Shown here: positions 1-11,861 of the stretch, in pieces
How the letters are laid out: the number at the start of each line of letters is the position of its first letter
Numbering within the stretch: the stretch's first letter is position 1
Source of the DNA: Selaginella moellendorffii
Lineage: Eukaryota; Plantae; Lycopodiophyta
Assembly (NCBI RefSeq): GCF_000143415.4
Contig: NW_003314429.1
Coordinates: forward strand, 62,001-126,000
Direction of reading: 5' to 3'
Length of the DNA stretch: 64,000 nucleotides
The notes under the pieces: model-generated
Seen by the model: the letters and a program-made list of their open reading frames with translations, nothing else
Told to the model about the DNA's origin: nothing
Databases searched by the model: none
Position numbers and translations under genes: made by a program

Positions 1-921
1 CTAAACACCAGACAGTCATCAACATTCCCACAGCAATTCCAGAACGTAAGGCTGTTTCAGCCAAGCCCAGTCCTCCCAGGTCGGCTACTCCAACTCCCAC
101 ATCCGCTGGCCTTGCTCCCCCTGGAAATGGACCTGACGAGCTCCAGAAGAAACTCGAGCTGTCACGGCAAGAGGTTCTACATTTGAAGACGCAGGTGCGG
201 GCGTGGTACACGTTTGCTTTTTGTTTTCTCGCTTCTAATCATAACTTAATTCTCTCTCCCGAGCAGATTAGCACGCTGACGAGTAAATATGAACAACGTG
301 AAAGGGAGCTGCGACGAGGTGCTCAAAAGGTGCAAGAAGCTGTGCTTCTTGCTGGAGAAGAAACTGCCAAATGCAGAGCAGCTAAAGAGGTTATCAAGTC
401 TCTCACAGTTGAGGTACGTTTGTAACTTGTGCACACACTCGGACAAGCTTCTCCTGACGCACATTTGCAGCTCAAGGAGCTTGCAGAGCGAATGCCAAGT
501 GCACGTCGGCAGCAGCAAAGACAAGAAGTGCCAAATGGTCGGCACTTCCCAGCACCAGAAGCAGAGATCGACTTGAGACTCCAGACGAGTCCGACGTCTT
601 CCAACAGCGCCACGGATACAACGGTAGACAAACTTGTTCTTGGTTCTGGTCCCGAAGAATGGGTGGAGCAAGACCAGGCAGGAGTTTACATAACCTTGGC
701 CTTAGCTCCCGGCGGTGGAAGGGATTTGAAGCGCGTGAGATTCAGGTATACATACAATCTTTTGTACAAAGGTGAAGACTGAGTCTGTGTTCATGTCGAC
801 TGCCAGTCGTAGGCGCTTCAGCGAGAAGGAAGCCGAGCAATGGTGGCAAGACAACCGAGTGAGAGTTCATCAGCAGTACAGCATCATAAGAACCTCCAAC
901 ACCTCGAAGAACCCGACGTGA
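1..921 (+). CDS. 3' part of a PRAF/RLD-family protein (PH-RCC1-FYVE with C-terminal BRX domain); 5' end lies outside the window
   Basis: Exons about <1-194, 267-413, 471-745 and 807-921 with GT-AG introns. They encode KPSPPRSATPTPT, a coiled coil (EETAKCRAAKEVIKSLTVELKELAER) and the BRX domain EEWVEQDQAGVYITL...[33 protein letters not shown]. TGA at 919-921. Confidence 0.88.
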
Positions 922-934
922 GTCCCGGAGCAGC

Positions 935-2551
935 TTAAGCAGCAGCACCCGTGAGAACCTCAAGAGACGGTGAGCTCCCGCGGGGCTGCTTCAAAAAGGA
1001 ACTGAGCCGGTCGCCAGCGCGAGCTCCCTGGAAGAAATTCCGATGGAGCTGACAACTCCCGAGCAGGCTTCCCCACTCGATCCCAGACGGCAGGAAAGGC
1101 ATGGTGTCCGTGAGCTCCTCGGCTTCCTTGAGCCTCCCAGATCGACCCAGGATATCAACCAAGCAGCAGTAGTGCTCCTTCCGTGGCACCACGCCGTAGT
1201 CGTGCTCCATGGTTCGAAAGCAGCCCCACGCCTGCTCCGTCAAGCCACCGTGACTACATCCGACGAGCAGGCTCATGAACACGACACCGTCCGGGGTCAT
1301 TCCGAGAGCAATCATCTCCCGAAACAAGGCCTCGCACTGGTGCTTCAGGCCGAAGTGAGCGTACGAGGCAACCATGGAAGTCCAAGCAACGACGTCGTCT
1401 TGCCTCCCGGGCATGGAGTCGAAAGTGGCCTTCGCTCCATGCACACTTCCGATCTGAGTGTACGTTGCGATCATGGCAGTCCAGACGATAACATCTCCAT
1501 TGCAGATGGCGGAGAAGAACGAGCGAGCTCTCTCGAGATCGCCCGCCTGCCTGAAAGCCTCGAGCATCGACACCCACGACACGGAGCTCCACTCGGGCAT
1601 TGCGTGAAACAATCCAGCTGCGAGCTCGACGTGACCAACCTGGGCATAGGCAAGGAGCATCGCGTTCCAGGAGACGATGTCTCTCCCGGGCATCGCATCG
1701 AAGAGACACTTTGCGCCCTCGACGTCGCCATTGTCCGAGTGACCTTGCACCACCGCAGTCCACGAGACGAGATCTCTCTCGGGCATACACTCGAACAAGC
1801 CTCGACACTTTTCCATACGCCCCGCTTGGGCATATGCTGTTAGCATGCACGTCCACGACGGGACGTTCCATGCGGGCATGGACTTAAACACCGAGTTTGC
1901 CACTTCCAATTGCCCGGACTCGGCGAAAGCTTGCAACATTGTGTTCCAGGACACGAGGTTTCGCTCGGGCATTGCGTCGAAGATCCGCTTGGCATCGTCC
2001 AGATGCCCGTGGTGGGCATATCCAGAGAGCATCGCCGTCCAAGAGACGAGGTTCTTCTCCGGCATGGAGTTGAACGCGCTGGTAGCTCTGTCGAGGAAAC
2101 CGTGAAGGGCATTTGCGATGAGGATCGCCGTCCAGGAGACCACATCCCATCTGGGCATTCGATCGAACACCAGCCTCGCTTCTAGCAGATGCCCGTTCTG
2201 GGCATATGCTGTCACCATTGTGTTCCAGGCGACGATGTTCCTATTGGGCATGATGTCGAAGACGTGCTTGGCGGCCTCGAGGTCGCCGTTGTGGGCGTAG
2301 ACGGTGATGAGCATCGTCCATGAGAAAACATTGGGTGAGAGCATCACATCAAACACGCGTTGGGCAGTCACCACGTCCCCGCACTTGCCATACATTTGCA
2401 CTAGCAGATTTGCCACAAAGGTGTCCTCCGCCACCATGCCTTGCGCGATGGTGGCGTGGAGCTGCCTGCCCATGCACAGATCCTTGGCATCGCCGCACGT
2501 CTTGAGAAGCGCGAGGAGTTTGCTCCGGCTAGACGAATTCTCCATTCCCAT
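935..2551 (-). CDS. PLS-class pentatricopeptide repeat protein with partial E domain, no DYW
   Basis: Intronless 538-aa ORF with tandem ~31-aa repeats (F..MP.RNxVSWxAMxxAYAQ.G), then HYCCLVDILGRSGRL and WGSLLGSCQLH. Confidence 0.92.
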   Translation of the reverse strand: MGMENSSSRSKLLALLKTCGDAKDLCMGRQLHATIAQGMVAEDTFVANLLVQMYGKCGDVVTAQRVFDVMLSPNVFSWTMLITVYAHNGDLEAAKHVFDIMPNRNIVAWNTMVTAYAQNGHLLEARLVFDRMPRWDVVSWTAILIANALHGFLDRATSAFNSMPEKNLVSWTAMLSGYAHHGHLDDAKRIFDAMPERNLVSWNTMLQAFAESGQLEVANSVFKSMPAWNVPSWTCMLTAYAQAGRMEKCRGLFECMPERDLVSWTAVVQGHSDNGDVEGAKCLFDAMPGRDIVSWNAMLLAYAQVGHVELAAGLFHAMPEWSSVSWVSMLEAFRQAGDLERARSFFSAICNGDVIVWTAMIATYTQIGSVHGAKATFDSMPGRQDDVVAWTSMVASYAHFGLKHQCEALFREMIALGMTPDGVVFMSLLVGCSHGGLTEQAWGCFRTMEHDYGVVPRKEHYCCLVDILGRSGRLKEAEELTDTMPFLPSGIEWGSLLGSCQLHRNFFQGARAGDRLSSFLKQPRGSSPSLEVLTGAAA

Positions 2552-3026
2552 CCATACAAATAGTAAGTAGCTACATTCTTTCTAGGCCAAGAGCAGAATT
2601 TTGGATAGATCAAATCTGGCGAGGAAATGCGTTATCCGGGGTCGTCACGTAAGAGTGTGGACTCTCGACTCTCGACTACGTATGGCGGAGCTTCCCGGAG
2701 AGTTACACGGTTGAGTTGCACGAGCTGGAACGTCCTGGCATGCTCAGGAGCTACCTTCTGCATGGTGGGAGCCAGACCACCGGTGGATCGGCTGCGAGAG
2801 AAAGCCGTCGCGCGATTGGGTCAAGCTCGTACAAATTCCTCCCTACAGTGGTCGCGCTGACGACTGTTGGCTTGTGCGTGGAAGTCGAAGCCCTTGCAAG
2901 AAGTCCGGCGACGGCTGGATCGTGGAAGCCCGGCAGTGAGCACACGGCAACTTCGATAAACACGGAGCTCTCGCAATAAGAGTCCAAATCAGCGCTCGAG
3001 AGCTCGAGGCGTGGCGTTGGCGTGCG

Positions 3027-5027
3027 ATGGGGGGCGAGGCCGAGAAGATTGAGGGCGCTGAGGTAGGTGACTCCTCCAACGCCCGGCTTATCGATTTGCT
3101 GGATGGCGCGGACTTCCCTACGCTAACCAGCCACCTTCGCCGGCGAATTGTCTACGATGTTGCCCGCTCGCTCAAGAAGACCGTGCCGCTGGGCTCCATC
3201 GGCCCTGGCCAGGTGGTGCTCGACTTTGGGCTCCGAGCGAGCCTGGCGGTCGCAGAAGTGGGAGAAATCCTCAACAAGGAAGAAATCCTCAAGGACTTGA
3301 ATGGACACCTCGGGTTGCTCTGCTATCACGGAATCGACCAGATCGAGTACGATTACCAGACAGGGAGCGTCTACTGTTGCGAGGCTCCGGGAGACTTGGA
3401 CGACGAGGCCGACGCGTTGAACGTGGCTTACCTCTGGTCAGCGTTCGTCAAAGGTGAGAATCCCGCCTTGACTAAAGTCCGCAAGCGCTTGTATGGGATG
3501 CTGCTCAGCGGGGAGTCGACCGGCGACATCTTGGCGCTCATCGCCCAGCTCCAGCACTCTTCGGTGAAGCAACTCTTCCTTGGCGTGGTTCTCCTCGAGG
3601 GACTGGGATGCGAGGCAAACCCGGAGGTGGCGGAGCAGCATTTCGAGTTGGCGCTCTCCATGAGCTTGGACTGCGATCGCAGGCTCAGGGCTCTAGCGAC
3701 GTACTTCATTGCCAGGATCAAGGTGGAGAGGGGGCAAGCCGTGGCCAGGGGATGCATGCTTGCCTTGGCCAACGAGGGGAATCCATTTGCTCAGGTGTTC
3801 GTCTCTCGGGCTTTCGCCAGCAGGCCGGTACTGGGGAGCTACCCGGACATGCAGTTCAACGAGCTCGCGTATTTTGTGAGCCTGGCCAGCACCGGGTATG
3901 GCGTCTCACAGGCTCTCGCGCCACTCTACTCCGTGCTCTTGAACGACAATGAGAAGAAGCTGCTCGCTCGGCACTCGGAGGAGCTTCCCAAGCAGCTCCG
4001 GAAGCTGGCCAAGCGGAGCGCGGAGAGTGGCAACAAACTGGGGCGATCTCTGTGGGGCTTACACGCATACCTGGACTTCATCGAGGCCGACGAGTGCCTA
4101 CTGTCTGGAGCTCTGTGCTGCCTTTGCAACAAGATGGACCACGCGGAGATGTGGTTCCAGAGAGCGGGCAAGGACATGGGCTTGGCTTTCTTCAACTTGG
4201 TGAATGAGACCGACCCCTACGCAAAAGCCTCGTGGCTCACTTGCATGGACTAGTGCTGCGAGTTCGAGACCGCAAACAGCGTCTGGATTGAGCTGGTTCG
4301 CCACAAGGTGGTCCAGGACAAGCTCTCCTTCTCTCTCCTTGCCGCGGGGCTGGATGAGGCGGACGTTCTGAATTCCATCGATTTCACAAGGCTGCGATCG
4401 ATCGAGCTGGTGCTGGAGGCGAGCCGCTACATGCCCAGCCCGGCCGCGGACGAGCTCATGCAGCGTTTCTGTAAGAGGTACGTGGAAAGCGTTGACGGGC
4501 TTCGGTTCTTGGCCGGACTGTACAGGCGTCGAGGCAAGCTCGAGGCTGCCATGGAATGCTACGTCGCGGCGGCAAAGTACGAGGGCGGAAGCGATGCTAT
4601 GGTTGACATCAGTGTCATGTTTCTCGAGGGTGGCGACGTCGTCAAGGCCGAGGTGTGGGGAAGGAAAGCCGAGCTTGCGGCTGAGATGCTTGTGAGTGGA
4701 ATGCTGGCGCTCCAAGAGCAGGATGTGCACCAGGCGTTGGAATGCTTCAAGGTGGCGGCCGATGCCGACGATCCGAGAGCAATGTGGCTCATCGGGGAGA
4801 TTATGCGGTCCGAGGAATGGCTCGGCAAGGCAGCTCGATTTGGCTTCTGCCACGCGTTTGATTCGCTGGGGGAGATGAAGAAGTACACAAAGGATGTGGA
4901 TGGCTTCTGGGAGTGTAAGAGACTCAAGGAAGAGTACTGCAAGACGAGCTGGAGGTTTACAAGGAGGGATGCTTTCTCAGATTCCAGGATTGTGGCTACA
5001 TTTCAAAAGTGGAGAATAAACCTGTGA
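3027..5027 (+). pseudogene. Intronless Sel1-like/TPR-repeat protein gene interrupted by one in-frame TAG (4251-4253); N-terminus weakly resembles a degenerate kinase segment
   Basis: ORFs 3027-4253 and 4308-5027 are in the same frame with no other stop between them. Sel1-like motifs include LGVVLLEGLGCEANPEVAEQHFELA, AEMWFQRAG, LAGLYRRRGKLEAAMECYVAAA and DVHQALECFKVAADADDPRAMWLIG. Confidence 0.6.
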
Positions 5028-5029
5028 TT

Positions 5030-8000
5030 TTTGGTCAAGAAACTATGTTGGGAGGTTCATAAGCCAGTTGGGAAAAAAAACTTATCACCTCCTTTAATGA
5101 GTGTATTTTTTGTTTTCGCTTTACTAAGACATATAAATACAAAAGATTCTGTAGTAGAGCAGCTTGAAAACTATTATGTATTATTTTCTTATTATGCTTA
5201 TTTTTCTCTCAAGAGTATATCCTTTTACTATTGATGCTGGTGATTTAGATATCTTAGATCGAGATACAACTCATGCAATTTTAAATGCCATCAGTGCTAT
5301 GATTGCACATATTCCTAATGGTTTAATTCCAAGGGGCCAAAGACAAGATGGTACTCTTGATATACTGCATAGTGATGGAACAAAAATGATAATTGCTACT
5401 ACTTGGGTTTACAGTCTTCTTTTGCACGGTGTGCTGTAAATGCTGGAGAGGGCACAGAACAAGGATCTGTTATTAGGGGTGAGTTAGGTACACTTTTAAC
5501 AGATGCTTATGATGATATTATGGAGTTTGGTGCTTCATATCTCACTGTAATTGCTGAACATGCTTTTCAATATATGATTAGAAACTATTGTTCACAAAGA
5601 CCTCAACTTAAAACTAACATAAGGACAAGGAAATGTAATTTTTTCCAAGTATATTAATAGGTGGATATTTAAACATGCCACATCAATATCTATCAGAGAC
5701 ACATTTCTTAATTTCCTTCAACTGTAAAGCACATATATATTTAAACATTTTTTGTGAGCTGATACTATATAGTAAAAATAGGATATTATGGTCAGTAAAA
5801 ACATTAAAAAAATGATTTAATTGCGTCTTAAGATTGCAAGAGGATGGAAATTTAGTATTGTATTCTGGTAATAAAACAAATTGTAGAAAACTTTATTGTT
5901 ACATTAATAAGCATTTGGTTATGGAAGATAATTGTAATTTAGTTTTATATGTAAATTATCAAAAACAATTTAGTACTAATCCAATATCATATATTTAGTC
6001 GAAGACTGGGATATTTTGTGAATATTTATAATATAAATATTTTTCAAACTCTAATAAAACCTTTGAGCAGTGACAGTTTTAATAGCTCAATTTCTTTGGG
6101 TTATTATATATTTCTGTTTTAAATTAATTACTCAAAATTATGTTATTTTCTATAACTATTAGTCCAATTTGGGCTTTACCAACTCCTCATATAATTTCAT
6201 TGGAAGTTGATAAAACTTTCTATTATTTAATTCTGTAGGAAGAGAAATATAATCTTTATATTTAGTACTAGTCAATTTATGATATAAAATAAAGCTGAAA
6301 GAAACTTTGCACAGATAATCTGATTTTGGTATCAACTTTGCTAGCTCCAGTGGCCATGACTAGTGATCCCAAAACCCTATGTGTGTTGATCATATCTAAT
6401 TTGTACCGAGATATCACATCTGGACCTTTTGTGCATTCTTAGCTCATGGGATTTGTGGAATGCAAAAACCCCTCTAACATTGAGACAAATGCAATGGAGA
6501 TGGTAGTGGACATGGTGGAAGTGTAAAAGATTTAGCCACCTGTGACTGTTGCTTATAACTTCTCACCAAAAATTTAAATATACTTTATATTCAAAAATTA
6601 AACCTTAGTTACAAAGAAAATGAATAGAAGCAGTCATTAGGGGAGGATGGCTCAGAGGAACTTGAGTTGGAGAAACCTGGATTGAAGGAACACATCTACT
6701 TAATTAACCAAAACCTCATGGATTTCTTTCCAAATATAAAGATGTTTTCTTTAATCAAGAATGGAAGTTCGCGGATAGAATACAATTAGATACCATACTA
6801 GTCTTAATCATAAACATTTTTAATCGCCTAGCTACAGGTTAGTAGTTAACACTCGTAAGTACCTAATTGCATCACGACTTCCATATGTTTTCTACTTATC
6901 TTTTAGCAGAATATTAAATTTCACTTTTAGCAATACTAATAAAAAAATTATTATTATTATTCATTTAACCTTTAAAAACATATAAATATTAATAGATTTA
7001 GAAGGTATGCAAATATTCACATATTTCTTATCACTTTGTAGTATATTTTGCCATCATTACTTACAAAAACTTAACCTAAAATCCCTATTCCCAATATTTG
7101 AACACATATCATGCACATGCATGGTTCCCAGGTTGCTATGGGATTGCTAGTAGCAGAAGTTAACGTGAGCACTATGTGTGAACTTGGCTCTGGTTAGGTA
7201 TTTAGGATTTTTATAGACCCATTCCTAAATTATTTTGGATTAACTTGAAGTTTGACTAGATTCACTATAAAAGTAAGGTTTATACTAGTTTTTATTTATT
7301 CAGTAAGACTCCATCCATCTCTTGCTTATAGTTTCTATAAGTATAACAAACTCAAGGAAGAGTACTATAAGATGAGCCAAATTTACATGAAGGGATGCTG
7401 TCTTAGGAGATTTCGCACCCACCATTAAATGAATATGTTTAATGGTAATCATTCACACCACCACACTATTATATTAGATTTTGTAAATTCTAATTTAATA
7501 GTTAAATTTAATGGTAATATCTTTACACCAGAAATTAACATTAAAGTAAGCAAATGCTACCATTAGCATTTCTTTAGCATTTTTTGCTAAAATTCCTTTT
7601 GTAACATTAGGATTAAAATATCCATAAATATTCCATAGGGCTTTCACTTGGGTTTATTTGGGTGGTGTTGCTGTTTACAAGCAGCAGTGATGCCCATGTA
7701 GCAGTGAGGCATGGTGCTGGCAAGCATACCATGGAAGAGGTGAGGTAAGAGATCAATATGACATAAGTCCAAAATATCATCATATACATTTTCTAAAGGA
7801 CCACCTGACTCAAAAAAAAATCCTTATTCTCTGCTCCCTTCAACATTTACAGCACACTATGCAAAAGAAATTTCAGTTAGATTATAAACCAAAGAAATTA
7901 TCATTCTTGTTCCATCACCACTTGGTCTATCAATAGTACTATCTTGTTATTGGCCCCTTCGAATTAAGCCATTAAGAATAACTACAGTCATACCACTAAT

Positions 8001-8900
8001 AACACTTAAAATTGCACAACTTACATCCTCATATAAGATTTCTAAATCTCTAGTATCAAAGTACTCTTAAAAGTAAAATATGTATAATAAGAAAATAAAA
8101 CATTTGTAGTTTGAACTGCTCAGAAAATCAATTTGTACTTAAAATTAAAAGCTTGTTAATCTTTGTTTTTTCTTTTCATTAGAGTTTCAATGTTCACAAG
8201 TTTAAGGTCCTGCCAACCCCCAGTGCAAAATTTTCGACCATGCAATTCCAGATTTCAGTGGTTCCTTGCAGCTGGGAAGACACTAAGGAGGATCTTCCAC
8301 TTCTGAAATGCAGCCACAATCCTTAGAATCTAAGAGGAACCATTAACTTTAAATTAGAGGATTTTAACCTAATTTAAAATTTTAATGTTATTCTTAATAG
8401 CATTAGTCATAGCTAATTTAATTATGCTTTGTTCACACTAGCCATTAAATTAAACCTAACATGCTCAAATTCTTGCCAGAAACACTCTCCTCACAACTCA
8501 TTGGTGATGATAGTAATAGCAGTGGCACTATCTAGTTCAAGTGCCTGCATTTTGTTCTTTTCCACTGAGATCCTATATAACTATAGAATGTGCTAGAAAT
8601 GCTAATTATATAACATTTGGATTAGAGGGCATAGGGATTTCATTTTTTTTTAATTCCAAATTCTTCACTCTTCATTAGATTTGCATTTGTTTTTTGTTAG
8701 ATCCAGCTTTTCTAGCTTTTTTTGTGCTTAGATCTAGTTGGAGGCTGTGATATACTTAACAACTAATATAAGAACTTCAATCCTAAAATGTAAGAAGTCT
8801 TGAAGTTTAAATTTCAAAATGTCAATATTAAATCAAAGTGTATATGAGATTTGTGTGAAACATTTATGAAAGTGAAACAAAATTCACAATTAACCTTGCT
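5030..8900. other. AT-rich, gene-poor island containing decayed sequence fragments
   Basis: Abrupt drop in GC and CpG relative to the flanks. The ORF track lists nothing between 5657 and 8851. Recognisable degenerate fragments are present (see findings). Confidence 0.7.
6741..6815 (+). pseudogene. Degenerate 75-nt fragment of eukaryotic 18S rRNA
   Basis: GATGTTTTCTTTAATCAAGAATGGAAGTTCGCGGATAGAATACAATTAGATACCATACTAGTCTTAATCATAAAC aligns without gaps to the plant 18S segment GATGTTTTCATTAATCAAGAACGAAAGTT...AGATACCGTCCTAGTCTCAACCATAAAC as recalled from memory, about 61/75 identical by hand. Confidence 0.8.
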
Positions 8901-10845
8901 GGTGATGCTGATTTACGTCACAGGAAGACAGAACTCCAACAAGGACTTCTATTTAGAAACGTTGCCACTTCTCACTTTGAGAACAATAACAACGAACTTT
9001 CTGAACATCCGAACTCTATATATGTGTGTAAATTCTTGGTGTTTGTGATTCCTGCATCGGCTAGCTTTCCGGAATTTGTCAAAGATCTTGACTTGTGTCC
9101 TACCCGCTTCCGTGTAAGCTCGGCCTTCTCGAGCTCTCCAACAAATGAGGTCGCCAGCTATAAGATGTAACATTGCTAAAGGTTACGTGTTTGATTTATT
9201 TCATGGCAAATAACTGTATACGTGTTGTTTGTAGTGTAAGAAAAATATAAAGCTGACAGAGGCACCATGAGGCTGTTGTTTAATGTTTTGTTCGACTTGG
9301 TTGCTTTGCGAACACATTGATCAGTCAAAGGTCTGTGGAACCCCACGTCGTGCAAAGCTGGAGCATCGCTCTTTTTCTTGCTTGCATTGCAATGGCGGTG
9401 AGATTCTGCATTCCACTCGAGCTCTGCGACAAGGAAAACTCTGCGTTCATGCATAAGTCATGATGGATCGAACGAACTAAAGACAGAACAATAAACAAAC
9501 TGGCTTCCGGGGATGATTTCTGTTGAGAGGAGCCCATCGACACGAGGATGATCTCCTGGACGTACTGCTGCTCTGGATATCTCTCTAATCGATTCGAGAG
9601 ATCCATTTTGAGATCGTCGCGAGCGAACGCTCTCCAAGCATGAGTGCTTTTGGGAGGCTTCGCTTGCAATTTCATTTAGGTTGTGGGGCCACAGTGTGGA
9701 CAGGGATGAGATCGCGACATCTCTTTCGTCCGCAAGTGCCCCAAGAGCCACATTTCTCTGATGGATATTCTCGGCTGAAACACATTGCGTAGTACGAATT
9801 AAAACCGAGCTTTTAAATTGTCGTTGTTTATGTTCTTCTAGAGAATGAACTTCTAAGCCGTGATTGGAATTGATTGAAGCCCAGCAAACCTTTGTAACAC
9901 TTGATCTCATTAGAAGCAGGACAAGAGCATTACATGCCTCTCATGCTTGTACTGTTTAAAATCTTGTGTGCAGGTGCTTGTTTTGTCTGCAGGCCTCCAT
10001 GTGCCTGGTCTCTCTCGCTCCAGAACCTTTTATTGTTTTCTGAGCCCAGTTAAATCTAGAGCATCCATCCATCCATCCGTGTCCAGATGGATTGTAGATC
10101 AAACCGTTGTGCGACGGGACACCACACCACCTTCTGGACGCTACCCAGGAACTGGTAGAATCGAATTGAAACTTCTTAATGGCACGAAGATTCGTGCGTC
10201 TGTTGAGGATATCAAGCTCGCTTCAAAGACATGCAGCGCTGTAGCTTGGGGTTCAAGTTCAAGCAGGGCAGACGGTGAAATCTTGCCTTGCATTTCATCC
10301 AAAGTTTAACCAAACCAAACAATCTCTTATCACACATCTATGAAACGTACATGCATCGCTGAGAAAAGGTGCCCATGCACGTACGACACTCACCAAACAG
10401 GCCAGAGAGAAAAAGCAAAGCTTGATCAGAAGAAGGAGAAGGAGAAGAAGAAGTTCGTCTACTCCCCTCAGTGCAGTTCGTACAGCAGTGTCTGCAGTGC
10501 GGTGCGGTGCAGGGCAGCCACGATCAAATTTCACGTCAGTCCGTTTTCAACACTGGCTGGCCTGGCTGGACGAGCGTTTTCTCCCTCATTTAACTCTGAC
10601 CACGAGAATTTACCGGCCCTGTGCTGGGATTCAACTGACAGTTTTTAACCTCACAAAGATGTGGTGAGTTCAGACATTGACACGGGAGATGCGGCAGCCG
10701 GCAACAGGAAACACACGACTCCTCTGTGAAACATGAATTCATGGGTTAAACCGCACATAATTTACAAGAACTAGAATTCATTCACCAGCTGCAGTTATTG
10801 CGACCAAGGTCGTGAACATGTCACCGGTTTACGTTTTTGTTTACT

Positions 10846-10848
10846 TGC

Positions 10849-10881
<33 letters not shown>

Positions 10882-10896
10882 TGCTTCTGCTGCTGC
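10846..10896. repeat. Imperfect (CTG)n microsatellite
   Basis: Run of tgc/ctg units with two ctt interruptions. Confidence 0.9.
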
Positions 10897-11861
10897 CCCA
10901 TCCGGTCCAGGCTCACATCATGCTTGGCAAAGTAACTGCAACCCCTCACCTCAGCCCATTCAATTTCCGGGGTTGGTCACAACTAACTTTCTCTTCTTCC
11001 GAGCTGGAAGAAAGCAGGAAAAAAACATAAGAAAAGAAAAGTCCCTGTTGCTAACACACAAATTAGAGCTGGCTTAGCAGGATAATCAGAGAAACAAAAA
11101 CAGTAGACACTTTGGACATGCTGAATTGGAGCGCACCCAGCGCAAAAGCAGGGCCTATGGACATGTCTCACAAAATTGCAAAGTAAAGCAAAGCTTTTGT
11201 CCGTGCCACAAAACATCAAAAGCAAGACAACAAAACGCATCTTGAACGGGAGCATATTCCACAGCCCCTAAAGATGGGGATTACTAAAGTCTCGAGGGAG
11301 CAATAGCCAGTAAGCAATGCTGGTCCAGCAATGCCAGCTGTGAGATAACAGGAACCAAGAAGAAAATTCCCCAACTACAACATCACAAAGAAAGAAAAAA
11401 TGGCCATGCACTGAAAGAGGCAGTATAAGACCCTATTCGCTTTGCTCACTCTCTCACTTGTGAAATTCGTCTGCTCCATCCTCTCCTCTCTCCCTCCATT
11501 GAGGAAGGGAAAAGGGAAAGGACCTTGGCAGACCATCCACAGCTCCCCAGCTCTTAGTTCCAGGCTGATAAGAGCGCCGAATCTTTTCCATCTCCGGACA
11601 CGCCTTCTCACACGCAGCAGAGGCAGTAAGACTCGATTCCACTTTCTTTACTCCGCGATCTACTCCCTCCCTGCTCTGCATTGCCTGCTTTTGGTCTGCC
11701 AAGTGCAAGATTTCGCGTTTGCTCTGCTTTCCTGGCATTCAACACTAGAATCCCTCTTTTGTTTTTCTCAGGTGGCCTTTTGTCTTGATCGCAGGTGGAA
11801 CCATTCCAAGCATTCTAGGATTGAATTCCAGGGGACTAGCTGAGGGCTCGATTCTGTCAGA

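Noticed and set aside
2590-2987. Minus-strand frame(s) upstream of the Sel1 gene that might be a frameshifted pseudogene
   Set aside because: TTG start, at least two frameshifts needed, no recognisable family.
4251-4253. Stop codon removed by RNA editing
   Set aside because: The locus is nuclear, and PPR-mediated editing is organellar.
8455-8580. Minus-strand peptide ELDSATAITII...FW resembling a retroelement protease or hAT transposase
   Set aside because: Too short and degenerate to assign.
8900-10700. Short ORFs, including a DDLLDVLL peptide reminiscent of cytochrome P450
   Set aside because: The match is too short, is followed by a stop, and no coherent gene model emerges; region left unassigned.
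11440-11462. GCTCACTCTCTC resembling the miR156 star strand
   Set aside because: No complementary mature arm or hairpin nearby.
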